A DNA stretch of 63,200 bases, the filler included, from Reclinomonas americana ATCC 50394 (Eukaryota), in NCBI GenBank assembly GCA_048213135.1. It is 13 parts of 13 records of this genome, joined end to end, with 100 filler letters (N's around TTAATTAATTAA, not from the genome) between each part and the next. Parts side by side here need not be neighbours in the genome. Positions count along the whole stretch, not along the records: positions 36,201 to 39,500 come from AFZH01022382.1; positions 39,601 to 42,165 come from AFZH01022383.1; positions 42,266 to 50,285 come from AFZH01022384.1; positions 50,386 to 59,462 come from AFZH01022385.1; 9 more parts are not named here. The stretch is one strand, 5' to 3'. The notes beneath the pieces are model-generated. The model was not told the origin of the DNA and did not search any database. It worked only from the letters and a program-made list of their open reading frames with translations. Made by a program: the position numbers and the translations under genes. Below, in pieces: positions 38,782-50,934 of the stretch. Every line of letters begins with the position of its first letter. Within the stretch, counting starts at the first letter, position 1.

Positions 38782-39769
38782 GTGAAAAGGGGAAGGGGGT
38801 TGTAGGGAAAAGGGGGGAAGAGGGGAAGGGAGGGAGAGGGGAAGGAGGAAAGGTGAAAGAGACACGGAAAGAGGTAGGTAGGGAAAAGGGGAGACGAGGG
38901 AGCGAAGAGAGTGAGAGAGAACGATTTAGAAAGAGAAGCAATCGGTTGATGCGAAGGAGAATACCAGGCAGCACTTGCTCTCCTGATCTCGCAACCTGTG
39001 CAGTAGTCTAGAGAGTTCGTCTCAGTAGGTTGCAATTCTGCGTCCGTTGTTTTGACTGAGTGGAGTCGCGAACGGCTTCCCACGAGCACTCTTGGTTTAC
39101 CTGTTTCTCTGTATTCCGCTCTGCATCTGCCTATGTCATTGTGGTCGTTTCTGTCGCAGATAGCGCAGCTGAAATCGCGATTCTGTGCTTCTGTCTCCCT
39201 GTTGGTTTCTGTATCGCTGGAGTTGCAGTCGGCAGAAGAACGATGCGTCTCTTTGCAGATCAGCTTCTCTTCCCTCTGCTTCTGCCTGTTTGTCTCCCTG
39301 TCGCTGCAGTTTCATCACACAGTCGTGGCCAGTTTCTATTCGCAACTCGATATTCGATACATTTCCCTCTTTCGTGCCACTCGCTCCTCCCTCTCCCTCT
39401 CTCTCTCCCTCTCCTTCGCCCTCTCCAGCTTTCCCCTCGTCTCCCTCTTCCGTCCGTCGCCATCTCCCTCTTCCCTCTTCCCTCTCCCTCTCCCTCTCTC
39501 NNNNNNNNNNNNNNNNNNNNNNNNNNNNNNNNNNNNNNNNNNNNTTAATTAATTAANNNNNNNNNNNNNNNNNNNNNNNNNNNNNNNNNNNNNNNNNNNN
39601 ATGTTGCTCCATCGTTCTCTCCGTGAGTGCGCGTTGGAAAAAGGGACGAAGCGGGAAAACATGATTTCTCCGTGATTACAGTTTTCGGCCGCGCGCGCAA
39701 ACTGCAAGTTGCAATTGGGTTGCAGTTGGGCATGCAACATTGCTGCAGGAACTTCATGAGTGGTAGGCG

Positions 39770-41260
39770 ATGGGAGCGATTATGGCCTCTGCTGCTGCGA
39801 TATCGATCGAGAATTCGCGATATCGATCGATATCCAAAGCTGTCTCTTTGAACGCGGTGCTGCAGCCTGCTCCTCTATCGCGAGGCTTGGATCTGCTAGC
39901 TACAGGACACAAGCTGCTGAGTGCTACGCGATCCCACAGCGATCGCAGCTGGTGATACGAGTGTGACGACAAGTGGATCGCTGCGATCGATCGCGGCACA
40001 GCAAATTCGTTGCATCACAAACGATCGCTGTGAGCGCTGCGTCGATCGCGCGGCTTCGATCTGCTTCTGCAGGACACAAGCTGTTGAGGGTGACACAGTC
40101 CCCTGTCGATCGTCGTCGCTGTGGCAAGTGCGACGACGCGTGAATCGATCGATTACGAATTCGTTCCATCACAAACGATCGCTGTGCACATGAGGCCTGC
40201 GTCGATCGCGAGACGTCGATACGGTCACTGTATGGCACAAGCCCATGAGCAATGCGTGATAGGAACGATTGCAACTGGAGATGCAGGTGCGGCGACGACT
40301 TGTCGCGACATCGAACGCGGAGACTTGCAATTGGAGAGCGATCGTTTCGACGACAGTCCGCACGCGACTTCGTACGTGCGTCAAGCTCTGCAGCCACATA
40401 AGCACGTAGATCCATTGACAGCTGCGTCTGCAGCTTCGGATCGCTTTGCAATATCGACAAGTTGACGGCGAAAACTTCAACTTGTTCGAATTCGAAGCTG
40501 TGAATGACTGGAGAACGTTCCGCTATCGAGCCGGTGTCTTCGAAACAATTTATCATCCACAAACAGACAAAAATCTTGAGGCAGCTGCAGGTTCCTTGTG
40601 TGTGTATTTGCTCTCGGAGCTCCGAACAAGTCGAGAACTGCGATCTTCACATAAGCGGTTTCTGTTGCAGAAACGCCAGCATTAGCCATCTCGACTTTCT
40701 CTCAGTGTTCCCGTGATGTCTGAGTTTCTGGTGCTCACTCAAGATGGTGATCATCATGCAGCTGCTGCTGTTTGGATTAGTAAAGTTGTTGTTGTTGGTT
40801 GACCAGTGGATGTTCGCTCTCGGAGCTCCGAACAAGTCGCGAGCTTTACCGCAGCGTGGTTGAACGGTGGTGGATTTGACGCACTTGCATAGACGCATGG
40901 CGTTTTCTGCGATCGTACACGGCACATCGAATTCGGGAAAAGGCCATAAGCCAGGCAAACAAAGCAAAGCCGGGTCCGGATACGTGAAGCAAGTAAAGCA
41001 GTGGAGGCATCGTCATTGATCATGACACAAGAGAAAACCTTCTTGCAGTATTCCAGCGAGCTCGTCTCGGCTTGTGCTTCTTCCATGCAGCAGTGTTGCT
41101 GCTTGAATTGGGACAGAGGAGAGCAGCGAACACGAAGTCGAGGACAAGATGACTCGCTTGTGCTCTCGGTTCGCTTCCGTTGGCTTCCTCTCTTCGGAGA
41201 GCAAACTTTACTGTGCTACTGCAGTTTGGACCTCCCCCTCTCTCGATGACAATGAACCAC
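39770..41260. repeat. Non-coding repetitive block, CGATCG-rich in its first 0.7 kb, possibly a transposon relic
   Basis: About 12 CGATCG in 39800-40345; an internal duplication GCTCTCGGAGCTCCGAACAAGTCG at ~40610 and ~40816; contains the copy shared with 9061-9148. Confidence 0.6.
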
Positions 41261-41970
41261 ATGGATGCGCCTCTTCATTTCGTTGGCGATATCACGCGGG
41301 CTATTCACATTCTCACAAACTGCAACACACACACACACGTACATAAGAGGGGGGGTAGGGGCCCGCCCTCCTCGCACACCGAGAAGGCGTCGCCCAGATC
41401 GTGCACCACTCGCCCCCGATAGGGCGAGGGATCTTTACACGAACGAGCGCGCCTCCCACCGGAAACGAGGGGGGAGAAAAGAAAAGAGAACAGACGGGCA
41501 TTGGGGGGAGGGGGAAGGAACTTTAGGTAGGTAGCTGAACAGGAATTGTACAACAAAACAGAACTATACAAGTACAGACACACTCGCGACTGAGTGTGCC
41601 TAGGATTGGGATGGCGCCAGCAAACACAACAGACACACAAAGAGAGGAGGGGGAGGGGAGGCGGGGGGGGGGGGAATTATTGCACGCGACAAGGGGTGCG
41701 GAGCACCGAGAGCGACGTGCGCAGGCGGTGGGTAAGGGTGCGGGATAAGGCACGCAATTTCGCGGCCACCACAACACCCCACACACGCCTGCGGCACCGA
41801 CGGTCATCGGGCACACATACCGCACCCCAGCATTACTCGCGGCAAGACCACCACCACCACACATACCACCAGACAAGACGACGCCAGGAGTCCCGAGATT
41901 AACGCACGCAAGACAAGAGGGATAGGTAATGAATGTAGAGAGAGAGAGACAACTAGGAACGAGGGAAAGT

Positions 41971-43731
41971 TCACAGCGAGTACGCCCACTGCAGAGGAGC
42001 CTTGAGCTCCATCTGCATCGACGACGACTCCATCGGCCGGGTGATGTGGATGGCCGGGTACTGCGACGCCGACTGTGCGTGGGCCAGCGAATACGCAATC
42101 GAGCCGGGAGTCGGCATCGACGGCATTGGCGGCGGTGGTGGTGGCGGCGGTGGCGGCACACCCGCNNNNNNNNNNNNNNNNNNNNNNNNNNNNNNNNNNN
42201 NNNNNNNNNTTAATTAATTAANNNNNNNNNNNNNNNNNNNNNNNNNNNNNNNNNNNNNNNNNNNNACGGGGGTGGCGCCGGGGGCGAACGAAAGCGCCAG
42301 AGGCAGCGTATTGCGGCGTTTGAGGCACGGCGCGCCAAAGTCCATGTCGTCGACATTCTCGTCGGTCGGCAGCAGCGTGCTGAGGCCGTCCACGTCGTCC
42401 TCCACCATGGAGTCCTCGTTGAGGACGAGGATCATGGACGGAGGCGACGACAGCGACGACGACGAGGAGGAGAGCGAGGTGGAGGAGGCGGCGGGGGAGG
42501 AGCGCACGGGCGACGAGGCCTGTGAGCCACTGGCGCTGTTGCAGGCGTACGGGTGGTGGTGGGGCGACGAGGTCACCGACGACGGCACCGCACTCGTCAT
42601 CATCTCCTGCGGAGGCGAACATCGATTGGTCAATAAAAATAATGCGCATGTGGGGAAAGGAGAGAGGGAAGAGGAGAGAGAGAGAGGGTGGAGGAGAGGG
42701 AGGGAGGTGGGGGAGGAGGAAGGGACGAAAGGAGAGGGAGGAGCCGATGAAAGGACGATAGGAATCGCTCAATAAAAAAAGACAAAAAGCGATTGAAGAG
42801 TCGGCGGAGGAGGCGGAGTCGGGAGAGGAAGTGGAGGAGGAAGAGCGCGAGAGAAAAAGGTGCGTGAGACACAGAGGCAAAGATGCGCGCGGCGAAAAAC
42901 CGGCCACCGGGGGAATAGCACCGAAAACATGCACAACACACTCGTCTCACGGAGAAAAAAGCACGCCACGCACCAGCACACTGCGAGACAACACAAAGAC
43001 ACGCGCGCGACACAAAAAAGAGGCGCGGGGGGAGCGGGAAACACAAAACACAGCAATTTCCATTCGTGGATATCGGAGGAAGGTCCCGCACAAAAACACA
43101 CACATCAAAAAAAAAAAGAGAAAAAAAGCTGTGCACGCGCTCAGCACACACAAGAAGAGAATCGCACACACACATAGCGGAGACAACGGCACAAGAATCG
43201 CAGAGTGTGAGACACACACACAGTGGTGCGCCTCAAATCCGCTCGATTTGAGGTGGTTGCTCTGCTGCTCGGCTCCCACCAAGCATGCATAAATATATAA
43301 AAGGAAGAAACAGTGACTGGCGCCCACACACAGAGAGAGACACACAGAGAAGGCGAGAGAGTGAAAGAAAAAAGCAGTGGCCGCACATACAGCAATCGCG
43401 CGGGGGAAAAAGAAAGAAACAGCTCACACACACTCAAGTCACTCACCAGTTGTGCGCCTGGCGAGGGCATAAAGGCGACAGCAGCCGAGCGCTTCTTCTT
43501 GAGCAAGGCGGGGTTGGGCGTCGCGTGGAGGACGACGTTGGCGCGGCCGAGTGAGCACGATTCCACTGCGCCCGTGAGCGCGTTGGAGGGCGCACTCTGT
43601 TGCACAGGCGGAGGTGGCGGAGGCGGAGGCAAGAAGACCGTTGCTACTGGTTGCGCAGGTGCTGGTGGAGGCGGCGGAGGCGGTGTCGTGAGGAACATCG
43701 AAGGGTGATTGTAGGTCCACGTCGAGGCCAT
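41971..43731 (-). CDS. Pro/Ser-rich low-complexity protein of unknown function, spans the gap at 42166
   Basis: MASTWTYNHPSMFLTTPPPPPPP..PGAQL|GTGAGT; EMMTSAVPSS..PCLKRRNTLP; ..MELKAPLQWAYSL*. The middle exon is uncertain. Confidence 0.5.
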
Positions 43732-44839
43732 GATTGCAAACTGCACACGCACACAGACAGACAGACGACCAGTGAGTGAACTGTGTCATGACACGCACGC
43801 TCTTGTCTTGAACACGTTTGCGAGGGTGGTGATTACCTTGGCTCGCAGGCAATGAAGCGAAGAAAATGTGTGATGATTTGAATTTGGACGGCGTGTTCTT
43901 CTCCCAAAATGGTCGACTGGGGCGTCAACGAAAAAAATTGCAATCGGGCGTTCTTTGCGATTTTGCTGTTTGCGGCGATGGGTTTTCGCTGTGTTCATTG
44001 TCGCGTAATTATGAGGGAGATATTGAGTGGGTGCGCGTGTGCGTGCAGAGGGTGGCGGCGGTGTGCGGAGTGAGAATTCGAGTGAACAGCAGTTTGGTGA
44101 TGTGGTCCTGATGAGTGTGATGATCAGCCGGCGAATTGTTGCATTTGTGGAAGCTGTGTTGCAGTTGGCAGCGGCTGCTCTGCTGATTGCGTACCGTTGG
44201 AACGTGGCTGCAAGTGGGAAGGGAGGGGATTTTTTGTGGAGGTGTGCGTCGTGTACGGCAGTGTATGTGTTGTTATGTGTTGGTGTGTGGCGCGCGCGCG
44301 GGCAGCACACGTGCGGCACGCGCGCGCGCGCTCCGGCATCGTTCCCGCGCCACTTTTTTTTCCCCTCTCGTTGACCTGTGCGCTTCGCTGTTGCCGGCGC
44401 CGGCACGTGGCCTCTCTGGCGTCCGTTCCTGTACGGGAGTGTGTGTGGCGCGGCGGTGTGACTGGTTTTCCTGGATCCGTGTGCCGACCAATTATCGAAC
44501 CATGTCTCGCAGATGCGAGACCAATACAGTGCGAGGGGCGACCAATTCATCGCATGTTGGTGATGTGCGGTGAACAGGAGGCGGAGTGGAGGGGCGGAGA
44601 TACGATCGCGACGGTGGAGTGGAGGGCAAGAAATTTGATCGTTAGATTGTGTGGCTCGGGACGATTGGCTATTGGTGTGAAAGGCGGGGTAGGAGAAGGA
44701 GAGGGCGGTATAGGGGAAGGGGATATAGGGGAAGGGGGTATAGGGGAAGGGGGGAGGGAAGGAGGGGGAAGGGGGAGTGAGGACAACTGGGCAAGGGGGA
44801 TCGATATCGAAGTTTTCCGATGGTGTGTGTCGGTGGACG

Positions 44840-46705
44840 CTTGATCGCGGGCTGGCAACGCAGCGGTGTGGCGATGGGAGTGAGGGGCTGCTAGAGGTGC
44901 ATGTCGAGCGGGATGATCGCGGGCGATCGGCGACTGCGATAAAATTATTCTATGCGCATGCGCAAAAACGCAGTCGTCTTTCAGTCGCGAATGGTGATAA
45001 TGTAGCGATCGCGAGGCCAAGGGGAAACAGCAGCGCTATATGGGAATAGGGAGGGGCGAAGGGCTGAGACAGGGGCGAAGGAGTAAGGGAGGGCGATAAG
45101 AGAGATCGGTAGCAATGGTGAAGCGCGGTGGACGATTTTCTGTCGGAGGAAGTGAGAGCGATCAGCATCGCTTGCACACCGGTGTGGCGTGACATTCGGT
45201 GAGATTGCTGTGAGTGGTGTGGGCGATCGCGAAGGGAGAGAGAAGGCACGCGGTGACAGCGATCGCAGAGGTGGACGATCGGAGGTGGTGTGGAGCGATC
45301 GGAATCGATCAGCGCAGTGAGAAGCGATCGGCATCGCTTGCACACCGGTGTGGCGTGTCAGTCGGAAGGACTGCTATGTGCGGTGTGGGCGATTGCGAAG
45401 AGAGAGAGAGAGTGCACGCGGTGAAAAGCGATCGGTGGACGATCTGGGGTGGTGTGGAGCGATCGGAATCGATCAGTGCAGTGAGAAGCGATCGCCGTTG
45501 CTGCACACCGGTGTGGCGTGACATTCGGGAAGATTGCTAGCTCTGAGTGGTGTGGGCAATCGCGAAGAGAGGGAGAGTTCATTCAGTGAAAAGCGATCGA
45601 AATCGATCAGTGGGAGTGAGAACGATCGCCGTTGCTGCACATCTGTGCGGCGTGTCGCTCGGTGTGATCAGCGAGTATGAGGCAGCGCGCTCCTGCCACG
45701 CCCGTCAGTCGGTGAATCGCAAGAATCGATGGAAAGAGAGAGGAGCGATCGTAAAGAAGCGAGGTGATGCTGCGTGGGCGATCTCAATGGTGCGACGCTG
45801 CATGCAGTGAAATCGCTATCGCTGTGGCATGTCACTCAGTGGGCGGTGTGGGCGATCGCAAAGAGAGAAAGAGAGTGCATGCAGTGAAAAGCGATCGGAC
45901 GACAAGATGCAGTGTGGCGAGGGCCGATCGCCGTTGCTGCACACCGGTGTGGCGTGACACTCGGGAAGATTGCTAGCTATGAGTGGTGTGGACGACCTCA
46001 GAGAGAGAGAAAGAGAGTGCATGCAGTGAAAAGCGATCGGTGGATGATCGGAGGTAGTGCGGAGCGATCGGCATCGATCAGAGCATCGCCGTTGCTGCAT
46101 GCCACTCGGAGTGATCGTCGTTCAGGGTGGCAACGCGTTCTCGTCACACCCGTCATTCGGTGGATTGCTAGAAACGACAGATATCGAGAGAGGGGCGACG
46201 CGCAAGTGAGGCGATCGGCGCAACCGCACGAGACTGACGCCGTACATCCTCTCCACGCCGGTCAGTCGATGGATCGCAAAAAGCGATGGGTAGACCGGGG
46301 GAGCGAAATGGCAAGGAAGGCGATCGAAGCGAGTGCGACACTGCATGCACTTGCCGCTCGGAAATATCGAAGTGAGCGTCACACCGAGAGAGAGAGAGAG
46401 AGGAGGAGGAGGAGGAGGAGGAGGAGAGTGCGACAACGTGCATTGCTGCAAGACACTCGCAAGCGGCATCGGTGCAGGTGAGACGAGAGTGGCGATCGTT
46501 AAGCGTGCCATCGCAGTGAGCGGTGTGGAGAGAGAAATGAAGTGAAACGAGATCGGTAGCACAGTGTGGAGCGATCGCCTTCGCCGCAAGGCGTACCACC
46601 GAAAGTTGCAGTAAGCGGGGTGGACGATCGTAGGTAATGTGGGGCGATCGCCATCGTTGCACTCCGCTCGGAAATATCGAAGTGAGCGGTGTGGATGATC
46701 ACAAC

Positions 46706-46736
<31 letters not shown>

Positions 46737-47230
46737 GGAGGAGGAGGAGGAGGAGAGTACGACAGCGTGCATTGCTGCGAAACAACCACGAGCAGCATCG
46801 GTGCAGGTGGGACGAGAGCGACGATGACAACTCAGAAAGATTGCAATGAGCGACGTGGAGATCGCATGCAGTGATCGGCGAGAGTAGCAATGCGCGCACC
46901 CATCGCTGAGTGAGATGGCAGGAGGAGCGATCGCTTGTAGTTTGCCATTCCTCTCTCCACGCCCGGACGACATATCGAACGCGTCGTCGATCGATATCTC
47001 GATATCTCGATGTCATAACGCCCGGTGACGTGCACGACACTCCTTGCGATCGCTGTGCGTGTGCTCGTGTGGAGGCGTCGAGAGTAAGCACCTTCACACT
47101 CGCCTCACAAGCGCGCCACTGCGATTCTCGCCAATCGGAGTTGTCGGCGATCGATATCAATGGCCACGATCGCGATCGTGGGCACGCCAATGTGGCAGAG
47201 ACACTGGCACGCTGCGATATCACTTATTGA
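44840..47230. repeat. Degenerate ~165-200-bp satellite-like array saturated with CGATCG
   Basis: The unit CACACCGGTGTGGCGTG..GCGATCG..GAGAG..GTGAAAAGCGATCG recurs at ~45174, 45341, 45504 and 45940. About 30 CGATCG in 2.6 kb; no credible exons. Confidence 0.8.
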
Positions 47231-48081
47231 TGAAGCGCCACTGGTGGCGAGTGCGTGCCTCAAGATACGGACAGCGAGGGGATCTGCGGCGACAGCACTT
47301 CTCTCATGATCTGCGGCAATACAACGGCCACCACTCACTTCTCTGGTTCCCTAGCCACCCAGTGCATCTCATACACTGTGCGAATGGGGACCAATGGCGC
47401 AGATGCTCACGCGCAGCGCAGTGCGACCCCCACTCGATGCCTTTTTAGACGTATTGACCAATAGACTCTCGCACTCTTGATTTATTCTCATTGTGCGCAC
47501 ATCGCACTCTCTCGCCTCCTTCGCCACCGCTGTCACCACGCGTCGCCCCTCCGCGCCGCCATCGTGAAAGCAGTGTGAGAAAATGGGCTCGACAAAAATG
47601 GAAAAAAGCAACGGAATCTCAGTTTTCACTCGCCGCTTCTGGCGGGTGTGGCGCGTGTGTGTGTGTGTCTCACTGTGTGTTAGTGAGGGAGGACGAGGTG
47701 TAGTGGCGACTCGCTACATCACACCGCCATTGGCGGTGGCGGTTTGCATGGCCGCATATGCGCAACGTCCACCGCGCGAAATCGCTGTCGTTGACGAGCA
47801 AGTTTGATCGGGACGTGGCGCGCTTTTCGGTGAATGGCGCGCGAGGGCGTAAACTGGCAACCAGCACTCTTGCGTCATCCGCGCCTCCTGTTTCCTGCCT
47901 CTCTCCCTCCCTCATTCTCTCCCCCTCGTCAATCCTCACATCAGCACGTGTGAAATGTATCGATCTCGATCTTACCGGGCAGGCACGGGCAGCAGCTTCA
48001 TTTTCATGTGTGAGTGTATGTTGCCGTGGGCGGACGAAGAAAAAGGGGGCAAAAATCGGGGAAATGTGTGTGTGCGTGCTC

Positions 48082-50108
48082 TTAGTTCTCCATCATGGCG
48101 TGCGTCAGGGCGAGGCGCACGAAGGGGTCTTGGAGGAGCGGGTGCGTCCATTCGCCGTTGTCGTTGAGGGTGGCGGAGAGGCCGCAGGAGCGGGCGCAGT
48201 TGGTGGCTGGTAGAAGGAGAAGGGGGATAAAAGGGGAAGGGGGTGAGGGGAGAGTGAGGGGGAAGGGGAAGGGGACGGGGAAGGGGGGGGGGGAGGTTGA
48301 GAGTGTGAGAGAGGACATAACGAGAAAAAGCAGTATGAGAGCAATAGAGTGAGTGGGAGAGGTAGGAAAGACAAGACACACAGCCAGCCAAATAGGCAGC
48401 ACGCAGCCAGAGAGAGAAGAAATCAAGAAAGAGAAAGGAAATAAGAGAGACTGAAAAAGAAATGCAAGCAGGCAAAAGAGCGGAGTGAGGTGGGCGCGAA
48501 GGCAGACAACCAGGGTGAAGAGAAGGAAAAAATGTAAGTAAGCGAGAACGGGGAGAGAGGGAGGGGGAAGGGCAGCAGAGAGGCAGCGGAGAGGCAGCGA
48601 GAGAGGAAAACGAAAAGGAGCGGTGCTGAACAGAGACTGATATCGGGTCGAGAAGGGCGGGCAGTCAAACAGCACGGACAGCCAACGAGGAAGAAGATTG
48701 AGCGAGGCAACGAGAAAGCGCGTGGAAGGAGAGGGGGAGAAAGGAAGAAAGCAACAAGCAAGTGAGCGGGGCGAGAGAGAAGTATACTAGCATGAAACTG
48801 AGGGATTCAACACAAGTGGGCAAAGATAAGAAGGAGAGAATTGTGAGCAGGCGAAAGAAGTGGGTTGGGAGGAAAAGGGAAACACATGCACGCCATGGAG
48901 GAGGGACAAGACACACAGCCAGACAGCCAAGAGGAGAAGAAGCAAGAGGGAGGGAGAAAAGAACTACAGAGAAACTGAAAAAGAAAAAGCAAGCAGGCAA
49001 ACACGCGGAGTGAGGGTGGGTCGTGCAGGCAGCGAGCGCAAGCAACGGTGGACGAGAAGGCAACCAACCAGACAGGCAGAGGACGGAGGGATGGATTGAG
49101 AGGAAGCGAGGAAGGATATGAAGCACAGGCGACACTATATGAGGAAGGCATGAAGATAGAGAAAGGGAGGCAGAGTGACAGCTTGCCAGACAGCGTGTGT
49201 TGTAGTGGTGTACTCACGAGGCAAGTTGAAGATCGAGGGGTCCTGCAATGCATGAACAATGTGAGCATCGCCGTCATCGCACGAGGAAGTGCGAGCACAG
49301 CGCACCTGGGTCTTCACGGTGAAATCGCCAAAGTTCCAGAAGGTGCCGGTGTCGCCGTCCTTGAACTGCGCAGCCGTTTCGTCAGTGTGGGGGAGCAGAG
49401 GGAAAGGTGGTGGAGAAGAACGGAGAAGTTGTGCTGGCATGGCCTCGAGGGAGAAACATGGGGCGCCGAGACGGTGTGATCGAAAGAGAGACACATACAG
49501 AGAGAAAGCTGAAATTAAAGGTTTTACGACCCGAGAAAAAAGGAAAGCATGAAGCGTGGCGACGACGCAGCCGAGAGTGAGGAAGAGAGACAGAGAGCAA
49601 GCTGAATACAAAGGTTTTACGACACCGAGAAAAAATGGAAGCATGAAGCGAGGCAATGACGCAGCTGTGTGTGCGTGTGTGTGAGAGAGAGAGAGAGACA
49701 GACAGAGAGCAAGCAGAGTAGAAGAATTCACGACCCTTAGAAAACGGAATACATGGAGCGTGACGACAACGCTGTCGAAAGAGAGGGAGCGAGAAACAGA
49801 GAAAGCATAATGCAAGCTTTCCACGCTCCCTTCATCATGGACAACAGCCGATAGAGAGAAAGACAAGAAGCAGAGAACATCAGTTGGTATGGCGCCTCGA
49901 GATACAAAACAATGGAGAGCAAAGACGGCGACACAGAGCGCACAACAGAGCCCTCCCCCACAGCGACGACAAGGAGCACACCAACAGGCTGGATAAACTC
50001 CCTGTCTCGTCTTCCATCCCTCGCACGCACCTTCACATCGAAACCGGTGGTGGCATCAGTCCAGTAGCCGAAATCGTCGGGGCCCGTCCAGCGGTTGCAC
50101 TTGTGCAC
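48082..50108 (-). CDS. 3' part of an ependymin-related/LolA-fold-like secreted protein, 4 exons visible
   Basis: VHKCNRWTG..GYWTDATTGFDVK/FKDG..FWNFGDFTVKTQ/DPSIFNLP/PTNCARSC resembles the C..W..YW.D..F..F..DPS.F.LP..C pattern of ependymin-related proteins. Confidence 0.5.
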
Positions 50109-50385
50109 CTGCACCGTAACAACAAAACCCGCTTCATTCAGTAACGGCGACAACATGGAACACACTCTCCCTCGCCCCCACACACTCAAGAACTCCCTCA
50201 ACGGTTTCCCTTTTCACTACTGTCAGAGCAGCTCGTAACTTTTCCTTTTTCACCCCGTCACTCTCCCAACTCTCTCTCTCTCTCTNNNNNNNNNNNNNNN
50301 NNNNNNNNNNNNNNNNNNNNNNNNNNNNNTTAATTAATTAANNNNNNNNNNNNNNNNNNNNNNNNNNNNNNNNNNNNNNNNNNNN

Positions 50386-50453
<68 letters not shown>

Positions 50454-50934
50454 CCGCTGAGTGCTCTTTATTTGGTGAAATGAGGCCCGCTTTTTATCAT
50501 CCTCAATAATGACTCGTTTATGTTCGGAGTTTCGGTTGCTTTCTTGTGAGCGAGAGAGAGAGAGAGAGAGAGAAGAAGAGAGAGAGAGAGAGAGAGAGAA
50601 CGCTGGGAGGATGCGCGATTGCATTCTTGTCTCTCACTCCCTCCCTTGCTCGCTCCTTCTCTCGTCTTTTCGCATGTGTTCCGCCTGCGAGTCATAGTCG
50701 TTGTTTCGCAGTCTCTGTTGCAGTCAGTCTCTCTTCCGCTGTCTCGTCTGGAATATTTGCGCACGTCTTTCGTTCATCACCTCGCACTCATATCAACAGG
50801 GTTCTTCCCATGTACTCGCTCCCTTGATACCCACCCATGTCCTTCTCCCCTTTCTCTCTGGGTGCTCAATCGTATTCAGTTGCAGACAGCAGTTTCCCTG
50901 TTCTAGCTAACTCACCCCCTTTTCCCCCATGCAG

